From the NCBI GenBank assembly GCA_046484705.1, contig JAWOIK010000240.1:6090-70089 (forward strand): 64,000 bases of DNA, written 5' to 3'. This DNA comes from Ignavibacteriaceae bacterium. Its GTDB lineage: Bacteria; Bacteroidota; Ignavibacteria; Ignavibacteriales; Ignavibacteriaceae. Below the pieces are notes generated by a model, which had not been told where the DNA came from, searched no databases, and worked only from the letters and a program-made list of their open reading frames with translations. The position numbers and the translations under genes were made by a program. Below, one piece after another: positions 38,798-48,128 of the stretch. Positions within the stretch are counted from its first letter, which is position 1. Each line of letters begins with the position of its first letter.

Positions 38798-38996
38798 TGA
38801 GTACCTCCTGAGAAATTTATTGTTAATAAATTAGTTGTAAAAGAAACTTGGAAAGCAAAAATTTTATCAGAGTACCTCCTCTCTAAAATTTTCAATGGAT
38901 AGAAATAAGTATATACATAAGATTATAAATAATCTTTAAAAATCAAATAGTTAAGAAAAGATTATTAAAAAAAATTCTGAAAATTATTGCTGTAAA

Positions 38997-39620
38997 ATAA
39001 AAAAGCCGTCAATTGCTTGACGGCTTTGAAGAAAATATGAAATGATATTATTTCATCAGCATCATTTTGCGGGCTTGTGTATATGAAGCTGTTTCAAGCT
39101 TATAGATATACATTCCGCTCGGTAGATTTGATGCATCAAAGTTTACATTGTAGAAACCTGGCTGCATAAATTCATTTCTTAATACCTGAACTTCTTCACC
39201 TAATAAATTATACACAGCAAGTCTGACCATAGTCGGTTCAGCAATGTTGAAATCTATCCTGGTTGAAGGGTTAAATGGATTCGGATAGTTCTGAACTAAG
39301 TTGTATCCAAGAGGTCCTTTTACATCAACCATTACTTCATTAAAATATTCAAATGTACCATTAAAATCGATTTGTTTAAGTCTGTAATAATATGTACCGG
39401 TTGTAACTGAATTATCAATGTATGAATATTCCTTAGGTTCTGAGGTGGTTCCAAAACCCTCAACATAACCGATACGGTAGAATTCACTTTCCTCACTTCT
39501 TCTTTCAATTTCAAACATCTGGTTGTTAACTTCTGTTGCTGTTGTCCAGTTAAGTTCAACATTTCCAGATGGATTGACATTAGCAGTGAATGAAGTTAGC
39601 TCAACAGGAATGACATCGGA
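38997..39620. repeat. Near-identical 3' block shared with 36797..37420
   Basis: See the partner repeat; the register offset is 2200 bp. Confidence 0.9.
38998..39024 (-). terminator. Rho-independent terminator of gene 39048..40880
   Basis: Same hairpin as at 36798..36824, with one loop substitution (GCCGTCAA-GCAA-TTGACGGC), followed by a T run. Confidence 0.8.
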
Positions 39621-40880
39621 TACTCTATAATCATCAACATACATTTGGTCATTTGCAGTAGCACCATAGAAATTATTTGCCTGAATCTGAAGAGGTGCGC
39701 TACCCGGTGTTCCGAATGTTCCGGTTGTATATGTCCATGTATGAACCAGAACATTATTAATCCATAAAGTAGCCTGATCGCTTGCAAGGTCAGCATCAAT
39801 ACGAACAGGGAACCAGGTGTCATAAGGATAATTAAATATAGCGGAAGCTGCTCCACCTGCATCAATTGATCCTGTTCCACCAACATTTAAAGATGCCTGC
39901 ATAGCCCAAACAGTTGTACCACCGGCAGGTGATACCGCAAGTGTATTAAAGTACCCGGCTTTTCCGGTAGGAATATAAAGGTTAAATTCAATTATATATG
40001 TTGTAGGATTGTTAAGTGTTCCCAGGAGTGAGAAAACATCATTGCTTGGCATAATTACCAGCGAGTTTGGTGCACTTGAAGATTGTGCATTAGATACCAG
40101 AGGATCTTCCGGACCACCCGGTACATTACTCCAGGTCTGCCAAAGCGATCCATTTTGCTGAGCTACACCAGTACCAGCAGTATAAGAATCAAAATTATCA
40201 GACAGGATGATGAATCCACCACCTCCGCCACCGCCACTAATAACTTCAAACAAATCTAAACCAACATAATCGGATTGAGAACCACCGGGGCCTCCATTAG
40301 TTGTATAATATCTTACAGCAAATCTAACAGTTCCGCTGGTCGTAAAATTTCCAACGTATTGCTGCCAGCCGGCTATTGAAGCATTAAAACTAGCGAGTTG
40401 AACATCAAATGCACCGGATGTAGATCCGCCGGTGGTTGAAACCCAAACTTGCAATGGATCCGGCCAGGTACTACCGTCAGGTGAACGATGCCAGAACTTT
40501 AATGTATCACCTGCTTCAACAGTAACCTGAGGAGATATTAACCACTGATCGATTAATAACCCGCCTCCAAAAGCGCCATTATAATTCTGACCTATGTAAC
40601 CATCAGTAGGTCCTTCATAAGCCGGGAAAACAGTTGGATTTCCCTGAAAAGTTGTTGTTGTGCCTGCTCCATCAACATCATCAAAAAACCATCCACGCGC
40701 CTGAATACCTGCTACGGTATTGTCACCATTCATATCATCCATAAAAAGTGATGTACCATCGGATTGATAACTCACGGGAGTATTTACTTCATTTACACCC
40801 TGGGATTTTGCAGCATCCTGTGCATATGATACAAAAGAAGCAAATAAGATTATGAAAAATAGTGTAGTTAATTTGTGCAT
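39048..40880 (-). CDS. Secreted T9SS cargo protein, paralogue B
   Basis: Signal peptide present. The N-terminal region differs from paralogue A, and there is a poly-Gly linker (GGGGGGF). The central motifs match paralogue A (DNFDSYTAG..AQQN..WQTWSN.PGG..PLVSNA, YIPTGKAGYFN). The last approx 125 aa are identical to paralogue A except for one residue. Confidence 0.8.
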   Translation of the reverse strand: MHKLTTLFFIILFASFVSYAQDAAKSQGVNEVNTPVSYQSDGTSLFMDDMNGDNTVAGIQARGWFFDDVDGAGTTTTFQGNPTVFPAYEGPTDGYIGQNYNGAFGGGLLIDQWLISPQVTVEAGDTLKFWHRSPDGSTWPDPLQVWVSTTGGSTSGAFDVQLASFNASIAGWQQYVGNFTTSGTVRFAVRYYTTNGGPGGSQSDYVGLDLFEVISGGGGGGGFIILSDNFDSYTAGTGVAQQNGSLWQTWSNVPGGPEDPLVSNAQSSSAPNSLVIMPSNDVFSLLGTLNNPTTYIIEFNLYIPTGKAGYFNTLAVSPAGGTTVWAMQASLNVGGTGSIDAGGAASAIFNYPYDTWFPVRIDADLASDQATLWINNVLVHTWTYTTGTFGTPGSAPLQIQANNFYGATANDQMYVDDYRVSDVIPVELTSFTANVNPSGNVELNWTTATEVNNQMFEIERRSEESEFYRIGYVEGFGTTSEPKEYSYIDNSVTTGTYYYRLKQIDFNGTFEYFNEVMVDVKGPLGYNLVQNYPNPFNPSTRIDFNIAEPTMVRLAVYNLLGEEVQVLRNEFMQPGFYNVNFDASNLPSGMYIYKLETASYTQARKMMLMK

Positions 40881-40987
40881 GAGTAACTCCTTTTAAATTA
40901 ATAAGTAAATCGGCAAAGAATAAAAAATTATTGATTGCTGGTGTTGATATTAATCAATTTCAGCGTAAAGTTCAATTTTTATTATAA

Positions 40988-41506
40988 TTATTTCCTGCTG
41001 CCGTGAATAAAACCCCTGTATGGTAATGAGTGCTGAACTGTAATGAATGATGTCTTATCCACTTCCTCAACAATTGAAATTACCTTCTTCTGAAATTTCC
41101 TTGGTATAATGGTAACTATAATAGATACACCGCCGGACCCTCCCTCACCGGGCAGAATAGTCAATCCATATTTTAATTTTCTTAATTTGTCTGCAATCTG
41201 ATCGGTAAGATGTCTGGAAATTATATTCAGTTGAACAAAGCCTAAACCTATTTTTTGTTCTATGCTTATGCCCAGTATATTTCCTGCTGCAAATCCTGCC
41301 GCATAACCAATTAAATTAGGCAGGTGATCAAGATTCTGCACAACAAAACGGATTACAAACACCCAAATGAGAACTTCAAAAAATCCAATTAGCGCAGCAA
41401 AATATTTTCTGCCCTGAACAACAAGAATCGTTCTCAGAGTACCTAAGGTTACATCACCTATTCGCATACCCATAATAATAAACGCACCATAAAAAGTTTC
41501 GAACAT
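40988..41506 (-). CDS. UPF0316 family membrane protein (DUF5698 + DUF2179 type)
   Basis: RIGDVTLGTLRTILVVQGRK, three TM helices, and a C-terminal soluble domain ending ..SFITV. Confidence 0.75.
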   Translation of the reverse strand: MFETFYGAFIIMGMRIGDVTLGTLRTILVVQGRKYFAALIGFFEVLIWVFVIRFVVQNLDHLPNLIGYAAGFAAGNILGISIEQKIGLGFVQLNIISRHLTDQIADKLRKLKYGLTILPGEGGSGGVSIIVTIIPRKFQKKVISIVEEVDKTSFITVQHSLPYRGFIHGSRK

Positions 41507-41582
41507 AACATCCTTTCTTTAAAATTTAATACTCAAAAATAAATAATATAATTATCTTTGATATAACTATTAAAAAATATTT

Positions 41583-42218
41583 ATGTCAAGATCAGAACGA
41601 GAAGCATTAGTGGATTTATTATCCGAAAAAGGTATTCACGATATATCTGTTCTTAAAGCTATTGGTGAAGTTGAGCGTGAAAAATTTATTTCTGATACGA
41701 TGAAAATTCATGCTTACAAAGATATTGCCCTACCTATCGGTCATTCACAAACTATTTCACAGCCATATACGGTTGCGTTTATGACTCAGGAATTAAAAGT
41801 AAAAAAAGATGCAAAAATTCTTGAGATAGGTACAGGTTCCGGTTATCAGGCTGCCATTCTATATAAAATGGGTGCCGATGTTTATACAATAGAAAGAAAT
41901 TTAAAACTATATCATCCTACTCTTAAATTGTTTGATGAACTTGGAATAAGAGTACGTGCTAAATATGGTGACGGCACGCTTGGCTGGGCTGAATATGCTC
42001 CTTTTAATGGAATAATTGTTACAGCAGGTTCACCAACAGTACCGGAAAAACTTAAAGAGCAGCTTGCAATTGGTGGAAGAATGGTTATTCCTGTTGGTAA
42101 CAGAACATCTCAAAAACTTTATGTGTTAACAAGAGAAGCTGAAAATACTTTTTCTACAAATATTATCCCTGAATTTTCTTTTGTTCCATTAATAGGTAAA
42201 GAAGGTTGGGAAAAGTAA
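41583..42218 (+). CDS. pcm: Protein-L-isoaspartate O-methyltransferase
   Basis: QTISQPYTVAFM and the SAM motif LEIGTGSGYQAA; approx 210 aa. Confidence 0.92.
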   Translation: MSRSEREALVDLLSEKGIHDISVLKAIGEVEREKFISDTMKIHAYKDIALPIGHSQTISQPYTVAFMTQELKVKKDAKILEIGTGSGYQAAILYKMGADVYTIERNLKLYHPTLKLFDELGIRVRAKYGDGTLGWAEYAPFNGIIVTAGSPTVPEKLKEQLAIGGRMVIPVGNRTSQKLYVLTREAENTFSTNIIPEFSFVPLIGKEGWEK

Positions 42219-43138
42219 TTGTTATCGCCGGACCCACTTGTTCAGGCAAAACAAGTCTGTCAATAAACGTTGCAGAAAAAATTAATTCTGAAATTATTTC
42301 TGCAGACAGCAGGCAGGTATATAGGTATCTTAATATAGGAACTGCAAAACCTTCCAGACAGGAACTGAAAAACGTTAAACACCATCTGATTGATCATTCA
42401 AATCCTGATGATGATTTTAATGCGGGTATGTTTGTTGAAGAAGCAGAAAGGATTATTTCAAGACTTCAATCTGAAAATAAAATTGCAGTGGTGACTGGGG
42501 GGACAGGACTTTATATAAAATCGTTGATAGACGGTATTATAAATTCTGTAGATACCAATAAGGAATTGAGAAAAGAATTACTCAACCAGCGTAAACAATT
42601 AGGAAACGAATATTTATATGAACAGCTGAAAAAAGTTGATGCCAAAAGCGCCTCGACGATGCTGCCACAAAACTGGAAAAGAGTTATGCGTGCACTTGAG
42701 GTTTATTTTATTTCGGGTAAGCCGATCTGGCAGCATTTCAAAGAACAACAACATGATGAAAATAATATCTATCTTCAATATGGTTTGGAATGGAGCAGAG
42801 ATCAGCTTTATAAAAGGATTGAAGAAAGAGTTGATAGAATGATTGAAAGAGGTTTAGTTGATGAGGTTAAACTATTATTAGAAAAGGGATATTCAAAAGA
42901 ACTGAATGCTCTTAACACGGTTGGATATAAAGAAATTATTTCTTATTTAGAAAATGAAATATCTTTAGATAGAGCTATTGAACTGATTAAGAGAAATACA
43001 CGACGATATTCAAAAAGGCAGATTACATGGTTCAAAGCAGATAAAAGAATTAATTGGATAAGAATTGAAAGTGAATCAGATTTTTCAAAAGCTTCAAATT
43101 ATATTACTCAAAAGGTTTTAAATGAAAGAAAAAATTAG
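42206..43138 (+). CDS. miaA: tRNA dimethylallyltransferase
   Basis: IVIAGPTCSGKTSL, ISADSRQVYR.LNIGTAKP, GGTGLY. The TTG start overlaps the end of pcm. Confidence 0.9.
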   Translation: MGKVIVIAGPTCSGKTSLSINVAEKINSEIISADSRQVYRYLNIGTAKPSRQELKNVKHHLIDHSNPDDDFNAGMFVEEAERIISRLQSENKIAVVTGGTGLYIKSLIDGIINSVDTNKELRKELLNQRKQLGNEYLYEQLKKVDAKSASTMLPQNWKRVMRALEVYFISGKPIWQHFKEQQHDENNIYLQYGLEWSRDQLYKRIEERVDRMIERGLVDEVKLLLEKGYSKELNALNTVGYKEIISYLENEISLDRAIELIKRNTRRYSKRQITWFKADKRINWIRIESESDFSKASNYITQKVLNERKN

Positions 43139-44489
43139 AATTGCATCCGGGCAAGGTTTCTGGGGCGACCTCATAGATGCTCCTTTTCATCAGGTAACAA
43201 AAGGACCAATAGATTACCTTGTAATGGACTATCTTGCGGAAGTAACTATGTCTATCCTGCAGAAGCAAAAAAATAAAAACCCGCAACTTGGTTATGCCCG
43301 GGATATACCCGAATTAATGAAAAGGATTCTTCCACATTGTGTCGAAAAAAAGATAAAGGTTATTACCAATGGTGGTGGCGTAAATCCTGTTGCTTGTGCT
43401 AATGCAATTCTTGATGTTGCGAAAGATTTGAAAATTAAAAATCTTAAAATTGGAATTGTGCTTGGTGATGATATTAAAGATCGGTTTGAAGAATTAATTG
43501 ACTCAGGTGAAGAATTAAAAAATATGGAAACAGGGGAATCAATCAAGACAATTAAAAATAAGATCCTTTCTGCAAATGTTTATTTCGGTGCTTTTCCGAT
43601 TGTTGAAGCATTGGAAAAAGGTGCCGATATAATTATTACCGGAAGAACTACTGATACCGGTTTAACACTTGCGCCAATGATTTATGAATTCGGCTGGAAA
43701 AAGAATGATATTGATTTATTAAGCGCAGGTACTGTTGCTGGACACATCCTTGAGTGTGGTGCCCAATCATCGGGTGGTAATTTTTTGGGTGATTGGAAAT
43801 CGATTCCTGATATGGCAAAAATTGGTTTCCCTATTGCCGAAGCTTCTCCAAATGGTGATGTAATTATAACAAAACATGCAAACACCGGTGGAAGAGTTTC
43901 ATTTGAAACTGTTGCTGAACAGCTTGTATACGAAATTGGTGATCCGAAAAATTATATAACCCCGGATTGTATCGCAGATTTCACTTCCATAAAACTTAAG
44001 GATTTAGGCGATGATCAGGTGCTTGTTAACGGAGTAAGCGGATTTCCGGAAACAGAATTTTATAAAGTTTCCTGTTCGTATTCTGACGGATATTCTGCTT
44101 TTGCTTCACTAACTTACTGCTGGCCTGAGGCTCTTACAAAAGCCAGGGCAGCAGATGCAATTTTACGCGACAGAATGCAAACCCTTAATCTTAGCTTTGA
44201 TGAGATAAGAACAGAGTTTATCGGATATAATTCAACTCACGGTCCCTTAGCTAAAAAACTAAATGAAGATGATATCAATGAAATTATTTTAAGAATTGGG
44301 GTAAGATCGCACGATTATAATTCAGTTGAAAGGTTTGGAAAAGAAATTGCTCCCTTAATACTTACCGGACCACCGGGAGTTACAGGATTTTCCGGCGGCA
44401 GACCAAAGCCAAGTGAAGTTGTTGCATATTGGCCTGCTTTAATTTCTAAAAAAGTTGTTAAGCCGGTTGTTGAAATAATCACTTTATAA
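43122..44489 (+). CDS. AtuA-like / DUF1446 family protein (acyclic terpene utilisation family)
   Basis: N-terminus IRIASGQGFWGD...P..QV..G.IDYLVMDYLAE.TM; GRTTDTGL; approx 455 aa. Confidence 0.75.
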   Translation: MKEKIRIASGQGFWGDLIDAPFHQVTKGPIDYLVMDYLAEVTMSILQKQKNKNPQLGYARDIPELMKRILPHCVEKKIKVITNGGGVNPVACANAILDVAKDLKIKNLKIGIVLGDDIKDRFEELIDSGEELKNMETGESIKTIKNKILSANVYFGAFPIVEALEKGADIIITGRTTDTGLTLAPMIYEFGWKKNDIDLLSAGTVAGHILECGAQSSGGNFLGDWKSIPDMAKIGFPIAEASPNGDVIITKHANTGGRVSFETVAEQLVYEIGDPKNYITPDCIADFTSIKLKDLGDDQVLVNGVSGFPETEFYKVSCSYSDGYSAFASLTYCWPEALTKARAADAILRDRMQTLNLSFDEIRTEFIGYNSTHGPLAKKLNEDDINEIILRIGVRSHDYNSVERFGKEIAPLILTGPPGVTGFSGGRPKPSEVVAYWPALISKKVVKPVVEIITL

Positions 44490-44496
44490 ATTAATT

Positions 44497-44549
44497 CAAA
44501 AGTCAAAAGTCAAAAGTAAAAATCTTGTAAAATTAATTTTGACTTTTTG
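44497..44549. repeat. Heptamer repeat (CAAAAGT)x3 plus an inverted copy TTTTGACTTTTT, forming an AU-rich hairpin
   Basis: TCAAAAGTCAAAAGTCAAAAGT lies at 44497..44518 and TTTTGACTTTTT at 44538..44549. Confidence 0.7.
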
Positions 44550-44558
44550 AGGAGTAAC

Positions 44559-44870
44559 ATGAAAATTAAATTAATTGACATAGCTCACGGCAGAAGCGGC
44601 GATAAAGGCGATGCGGCCAATATCGGAATAATAGCTTATGATGATAAAGGATTTAAAATTATACAAGAACATTTGACAGTTGAAAAGGTGAAAAATCATT
44701 TTGAAGGAATTTGTTTTGGTAAAGTTGAAAGGTTTGAATTGCCGAATATCCGTGCCTTAAATTTTTTGTTACATAATACACTGGGAGGCGGCGGAACTGT
44801 TTCTTTAAAACACGATGCTCAGGGCAAAACTCTTGCTGCAGCGTTACTGAGAATAGAACTAGAATTATAA
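44559..44870 (+). CDS. Small conserved partner protein of DUF1446/AtuA genes (DUF4387-like, from memory)
   Basis: GAGGAG RBS 6 nt before the ATG at 44559. Sequence IAHGRSGDKGD.ANIG, ..LGGGG..SL..D.QGK. Its position directly after an AtuA-like gene fits the family. Confidence 0.6.
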   Translation: MKIKLIDIAHGRSGDKGDAANIGIIAYDDKGFKIIQEHLTVEKVKNHFEGICFGKVERFELPNIRALNFLLHNTLGGGGTVSLKHDAQGKTLAAALLRIELEL

Positions 44871-44898
44871 AAAATAAAATTAATAATTAGGTTTATAA

Positions 44899-44918
44899 GT
44901 TTTGACTTTTGACTTTTT
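44899..44918. repeat. Inverted copy of the 44497 heptamer repeat: (TTTTGAC)x2
   Basis: AGTTTTGACTTTTGACTTTTT is the reverse complement of the AAAAGTCAAAAGTCAAAA block at 44499..44516. Confidence 0.7.
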
Positions 44919-44945
44919 AATTTTGAATTAAAATAGGAGTAGACA

Positions 44946-46047
44946 ATGTACGAAGAAGAATTAAAAACACTAAAAAACTATAGAATCAGAATCGATAATT
45001 TACGGAGTTATCTTTGACGTCGATAAGAAAATTCATAAAGTAGATGAACTGAACAACCAAACCGAATCACCAAATTTCTGGAATGACCAGATTTCCGCAC
45101 AAAAAACACTTCAGGAAATAAAATCGTTAAAGACCTGGATTGATCTATGGCAGGAGCTTGATAAAAAAGCCATCAGTGTTGATGAGACAATTCAGCTTGC
45201 TGAGATGGAGAAGGATGAATCATTCAATGATGAAATAATTGCAGAACTTGATTCACTTGAGAAAGCAATTGCAGAAGTTGAGTTCAAAAATATGCTTAAC
45301 GGTGAAAATGATGATAAAAATTGTTTACTGACAATACATTCCGGTGCAGGCGGAACGGAATCACAGGATTGGGCCGATATGTTATTAAGAATGTATCTCC
45401 GCTGGGGTGAACAAAACAGTTTTACAATGACAATAATGGATTTACTTGAAGGTGATGGTGCCGGAATAAAAAGTGCGACTATTGAAGTCACAGGCGAATT
45501 TGCGTATGGATATCTTAAAGCCGAAAATGGTGTGCATCGACTGGTACGAATCTCACCCTTTGATTCAAATAAACGAAGACACACTTCTTTTGCATCTGTG
45601 TTTGTTATTCCTGAAGTGGACGATACGATTGAGATAGAAATCAACCCGGCAGATTTGAGAGTAGATACATACAGATCAGGAGGTAAGGGAGGTCAGAATG
45701 TAAACAAGGTGGAAACTGCTGTTCGTATAACTCACGTTCCTACCGGTGTTGTGGCTGCTTGCCAAAGTGAAAGATCACAGGGGCAGAACAAAGCCAATGC
45801 GATGAAAATGTTGAAATCGAAATTGTACCAGATTGAATTAGAAAAACAAAATGCCGCACTTGATGAAGTTGAAAAAGGCAAAATGAAAATTGAGTGGGGA
45901 AGTCAGATCCGTTCATATGTTTTTCATCCTTATAACATGGTAAAAGATCATAGAACTAATGTGGAAACATCAGATACGCAGGCGGTTATGAATGGTGATA
46001 TAGATAAATTCATTAAGGCATTCCTTCTGATGTATAGTAAAAATTAG
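44946..46047 (+). CDS. prfB: Peptide chain release factor 2, requiring a programmed +1 frameshift at 45012..45018
   Basis: ATG at 44946 with an AGGAG RBS. Frame 0 reads [23 protein letters not shown] and then hits TGA at 45015. The +1 frame continues as DVDKKIH.. into the listed ORF (45205..46047), which carries SPF (RISPFDS) and GGQ ([15 protein letters not shown]). Confidence 0.93.
45003..45018 (+). promoter_or_regulatory. RF2 autoregulatory +1 frameshift site
   Basis: CGG AGU UAU CUU UGA C contains the canonical UAU CUU UGA C slippery/stop context, with an SD-like GGAG 3 nt upstream of UAU. Confidence 0.9.
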
Positions 46048-46134
46048 AAAAAAGAATGAGAGTATTTTTTTTATTTACCACTCATGACTATTTTTAAGTA
46101 GAAAATAATCATTAGTTAGCGGGGAGGCTAAACT

Positions 46135-47280
46135 ATGAACTTAATAATAAAGCATTTTTCGGCTGTACTTTTTGTCAGTTTATTATTTATTACTATTGGC
46201 TGCGCTCCCGGAATTCATTTAATTGAACCCCAATTCGATTCAACTTTAAAAATTTTTGAAAATAACAATAATATTATATTCAAAGTTTTGGATGAAAGAA
46301 AAACCAATCCCTATTCAATTCCAGGTTATGACAATCGTAATATTGAATACACAATCCCAATAGCAGAATATATTGAAACCTACTTTAATAATTCATTGAA
46401 ACAAAATTCAGTTAATTCTGCACCTGAAGTGGTATCGGTTATAATAGATCAACTAAGATATGATGACCTGGCATCAATTAAATATTCATTCAGATTTTCA
46501 GAGCCTATTTCGGTTGACACCAATTTTGTTTTCAGAATTTCTTCGAGATATTTTAATGAAAATGTAAAAGTTGTTAATCACAAAAACTATTTGAATTATG
46601 CTTTAACCGATTGCCTTGAGAGTTTTTTTTCATACGATAATGAGATTACAGGGATATATGTAACTACATCAACTAATCAAATCGATACACCGGAAAAAAT
46701 TCTTGTAGATTCAGGAATCGTAGATATTGGGACTGTAAATAACCTGCAAGCAGAAAGAACTGACGGTAATCAATCTTCTATTACTGAAGTCAAACTTGGG
46801 AATACATTCTTTGAAAAAATTATATTGCGTTCAATCGGTTTTTCATATTTTACAGGTGATAAAATTACAGGAGGATTTCATCTTTATTACTCTACCGGAA
46901 AATTTAATGAACTGGGGTCTAACATTTTTGGGTATGGTTTTGGAATTATGTATTACGATATTCTCAACCTTCGAGATGGATTCGATGGTTTTATTTTCAG
47001 TTTTACCGCTCCATTGCATTTCACATATTATTTATCCGGGTATGAAGATGGTTTATATATCGGATCAACTCTAAAAATTATGATTGGTAACGAGAGCATA
47101 GATTATGGTTTTGACAAAAAAGAACATTTCTTTATAGGCCCAACTATAGAGTCTTACATAGGAATAAAAGTTGCAAATGCTATCTCATTCGATATAGGTG
47201 GATATTGGCTGGCATTATTAGGGTCGAAAATGCTTCCTGATGATTTTGGTGCTCGATTTAATTTAAATATTTGGTTTTAA
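46135..47280 (+). CDS. Hypothetical lipoprotein with a beta-barrel-like C-terminal third
   Basis: Lipobox LFITIGC. The C-terminal approx 150 aa are Gly/aromatic-rich alternating strands ending ..RFNLNIWF (OMP-like terminal Phe). Confidence 0.55.
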   Translation: MNLIIKHFSAVLFVSLLFITIGCAPGIHLIEPQFDSTLKIFENNNNIIFKVLDERKTNPYSIPGYDNRNIEYTIPIAEYIETYFNNSLKQNSVNSAPEVVSVIIDQLRYDDLASIKYSFRFSEPISVDTNFVFRISSRYFNENVKVVNHKNYLNYALTDCLESFFSYDNEITGIYVTTSTNQIDTPEKILVDSGIVDIGTVNNLQAERTDGNQSSITEVKLGNTFFEKIILRSIGFSYFTGDKITGGFHLYYSTGKFNELGSNIFGYGFGIMYYDILNLRDGFDGFIFSFTAPLHFTYYLSGYEDGLYIGSTLKIMIGNESIDYGFDKKEHFFIGPTIESYIGIKVANAISFDIGGYWLALLGSKMLPDDFGARFNLNIWF

Positions 47281-47297
47281 AAAAGGAGATTATACAA

Positions 47298-48128
47298 ATG
47301 AAAATTAATTTCTTATTCCCACTGTTGCCAGCTTTGTTCATCTTCTTACTCGTTACAGGTTGTTCATCTTACGAATTGACAAAATACTCAGATAATAGTA
47401 GTTGTTCCACAACCATTGAAGGTAATTATTATAAAGATATTGAGTCAAGTTCTAGCTATCCTGCTATCTTTGTTAAAATGACGAAATACCCAAAACTTGT
47501 TAGAGGTAAACTGATTTCGATTGACGATAAAGGAGTTATTTTTGATCCGGATAATATTGGTTTTTCAAATCAACCTGAAACATTCTTTTCATATGATACT
47601 CTTTTTGGAGTAATTGATAATTCAGGTAAACTAGTTTTTGGTGATATTCCGGATTTTTATGCGCTTAAACATAAGATGCTTATTGGATTAACAGAGAGTA
47701 AAACTCGGCAATATGTTGAATTGATTCTTGAACCAAATGAGCCGTTTGCTTACTGCTTGAATCCTGGAAATTATTCTATAACATCTATTCAATTTATAGG
47801 TTCAAAAAAAGTTCAGGATATAGGATACGATCTTCCTGATATAAATCTGATCATCGAAGAGGGTAAAGTCAACTATTTTGGTAATATATATGTTGACTAT
47901 AAAGCTAAAACCGATGAAAATGTTATGGTTATACCTTGCACAAGAAATAATTCTGAAAGATCTGCTGCTTTAGGAATGTTTGGGCTAGTTGGTGCATTAG
48001 CTAATGCTGTTGCGAGTGAAATTGAGAGTGATGGATTGCATCATATTATAAATATTGAACGCGATGATAATTTTCTTCCTGAAGCGAACAAACCAATTAT
48101 AGATATTATAATTGATGTTAGTGAATAA
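47298..48128 (+). CDS. Hypothetical lipoprotein
   Basis: AGGAG RBS before the ATG at 47298. Lipobox FLLVTGC. No family recognised. Confidence 0.55.
   Translation: MKINFLFPLLPALFIFLLVTGCSSYELTKYSDNSSCSTTIEGNYYKDIESSSSYPAIFVKMTKYPKLVRGKLISIDDKGVIFDPDNIGFSNQPETFFSYDTLFGVIDNSGKLVFGDIPDFYALKHKMLIGLTESKTRQYVELILEPNEPFAYCLNPGNYSITSIQFIGSKKVQDIGYDLPDINLIIEEGKVNYFGNIYVDYKAKTDENVMVIPCTRNNSERSAALGMFGLVGALANAVASEIESDGLHHIINIERDDNFLPEANKPIIDIIIDVSE

Noticed and set aside
38799-38880. A duplicated 11-nt leader GAGTACCTCCT (minus strand AGGAGGTACTC) at 38799..38809 and 38870..38880. This could be a decoy or second RBS upstream of paralogue A.
   Set aside because: The upstream copy is followed by TGATAA and no plausible start codon. 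An 11-nt match in a short AT-rich spacer is weak evidence for function, so it is probably a small duplication scar.
45192-45644. The 150-aa minus-strand ORF opposite prfB, and similar antisense ORFs elsewhere (303..584, 1534..1842, 4995..5231, 7548..7844, 9730..10077, 11249..11524, 14366..14626, 19498..19836, 23860..24162, 28372..28599, 30848..31135, 33472..33998, 39332..39886, 43292..43885, 50057..50866, 55439..55732, 57141..57716, 61018..61686, 63489..63752).
   Set aside because: These are shadow ORFs lying entirely inside strongly supported genes on the other strand. They have skewed low-complexity or Ser/Ile/Leu-rich composition and no RBS.
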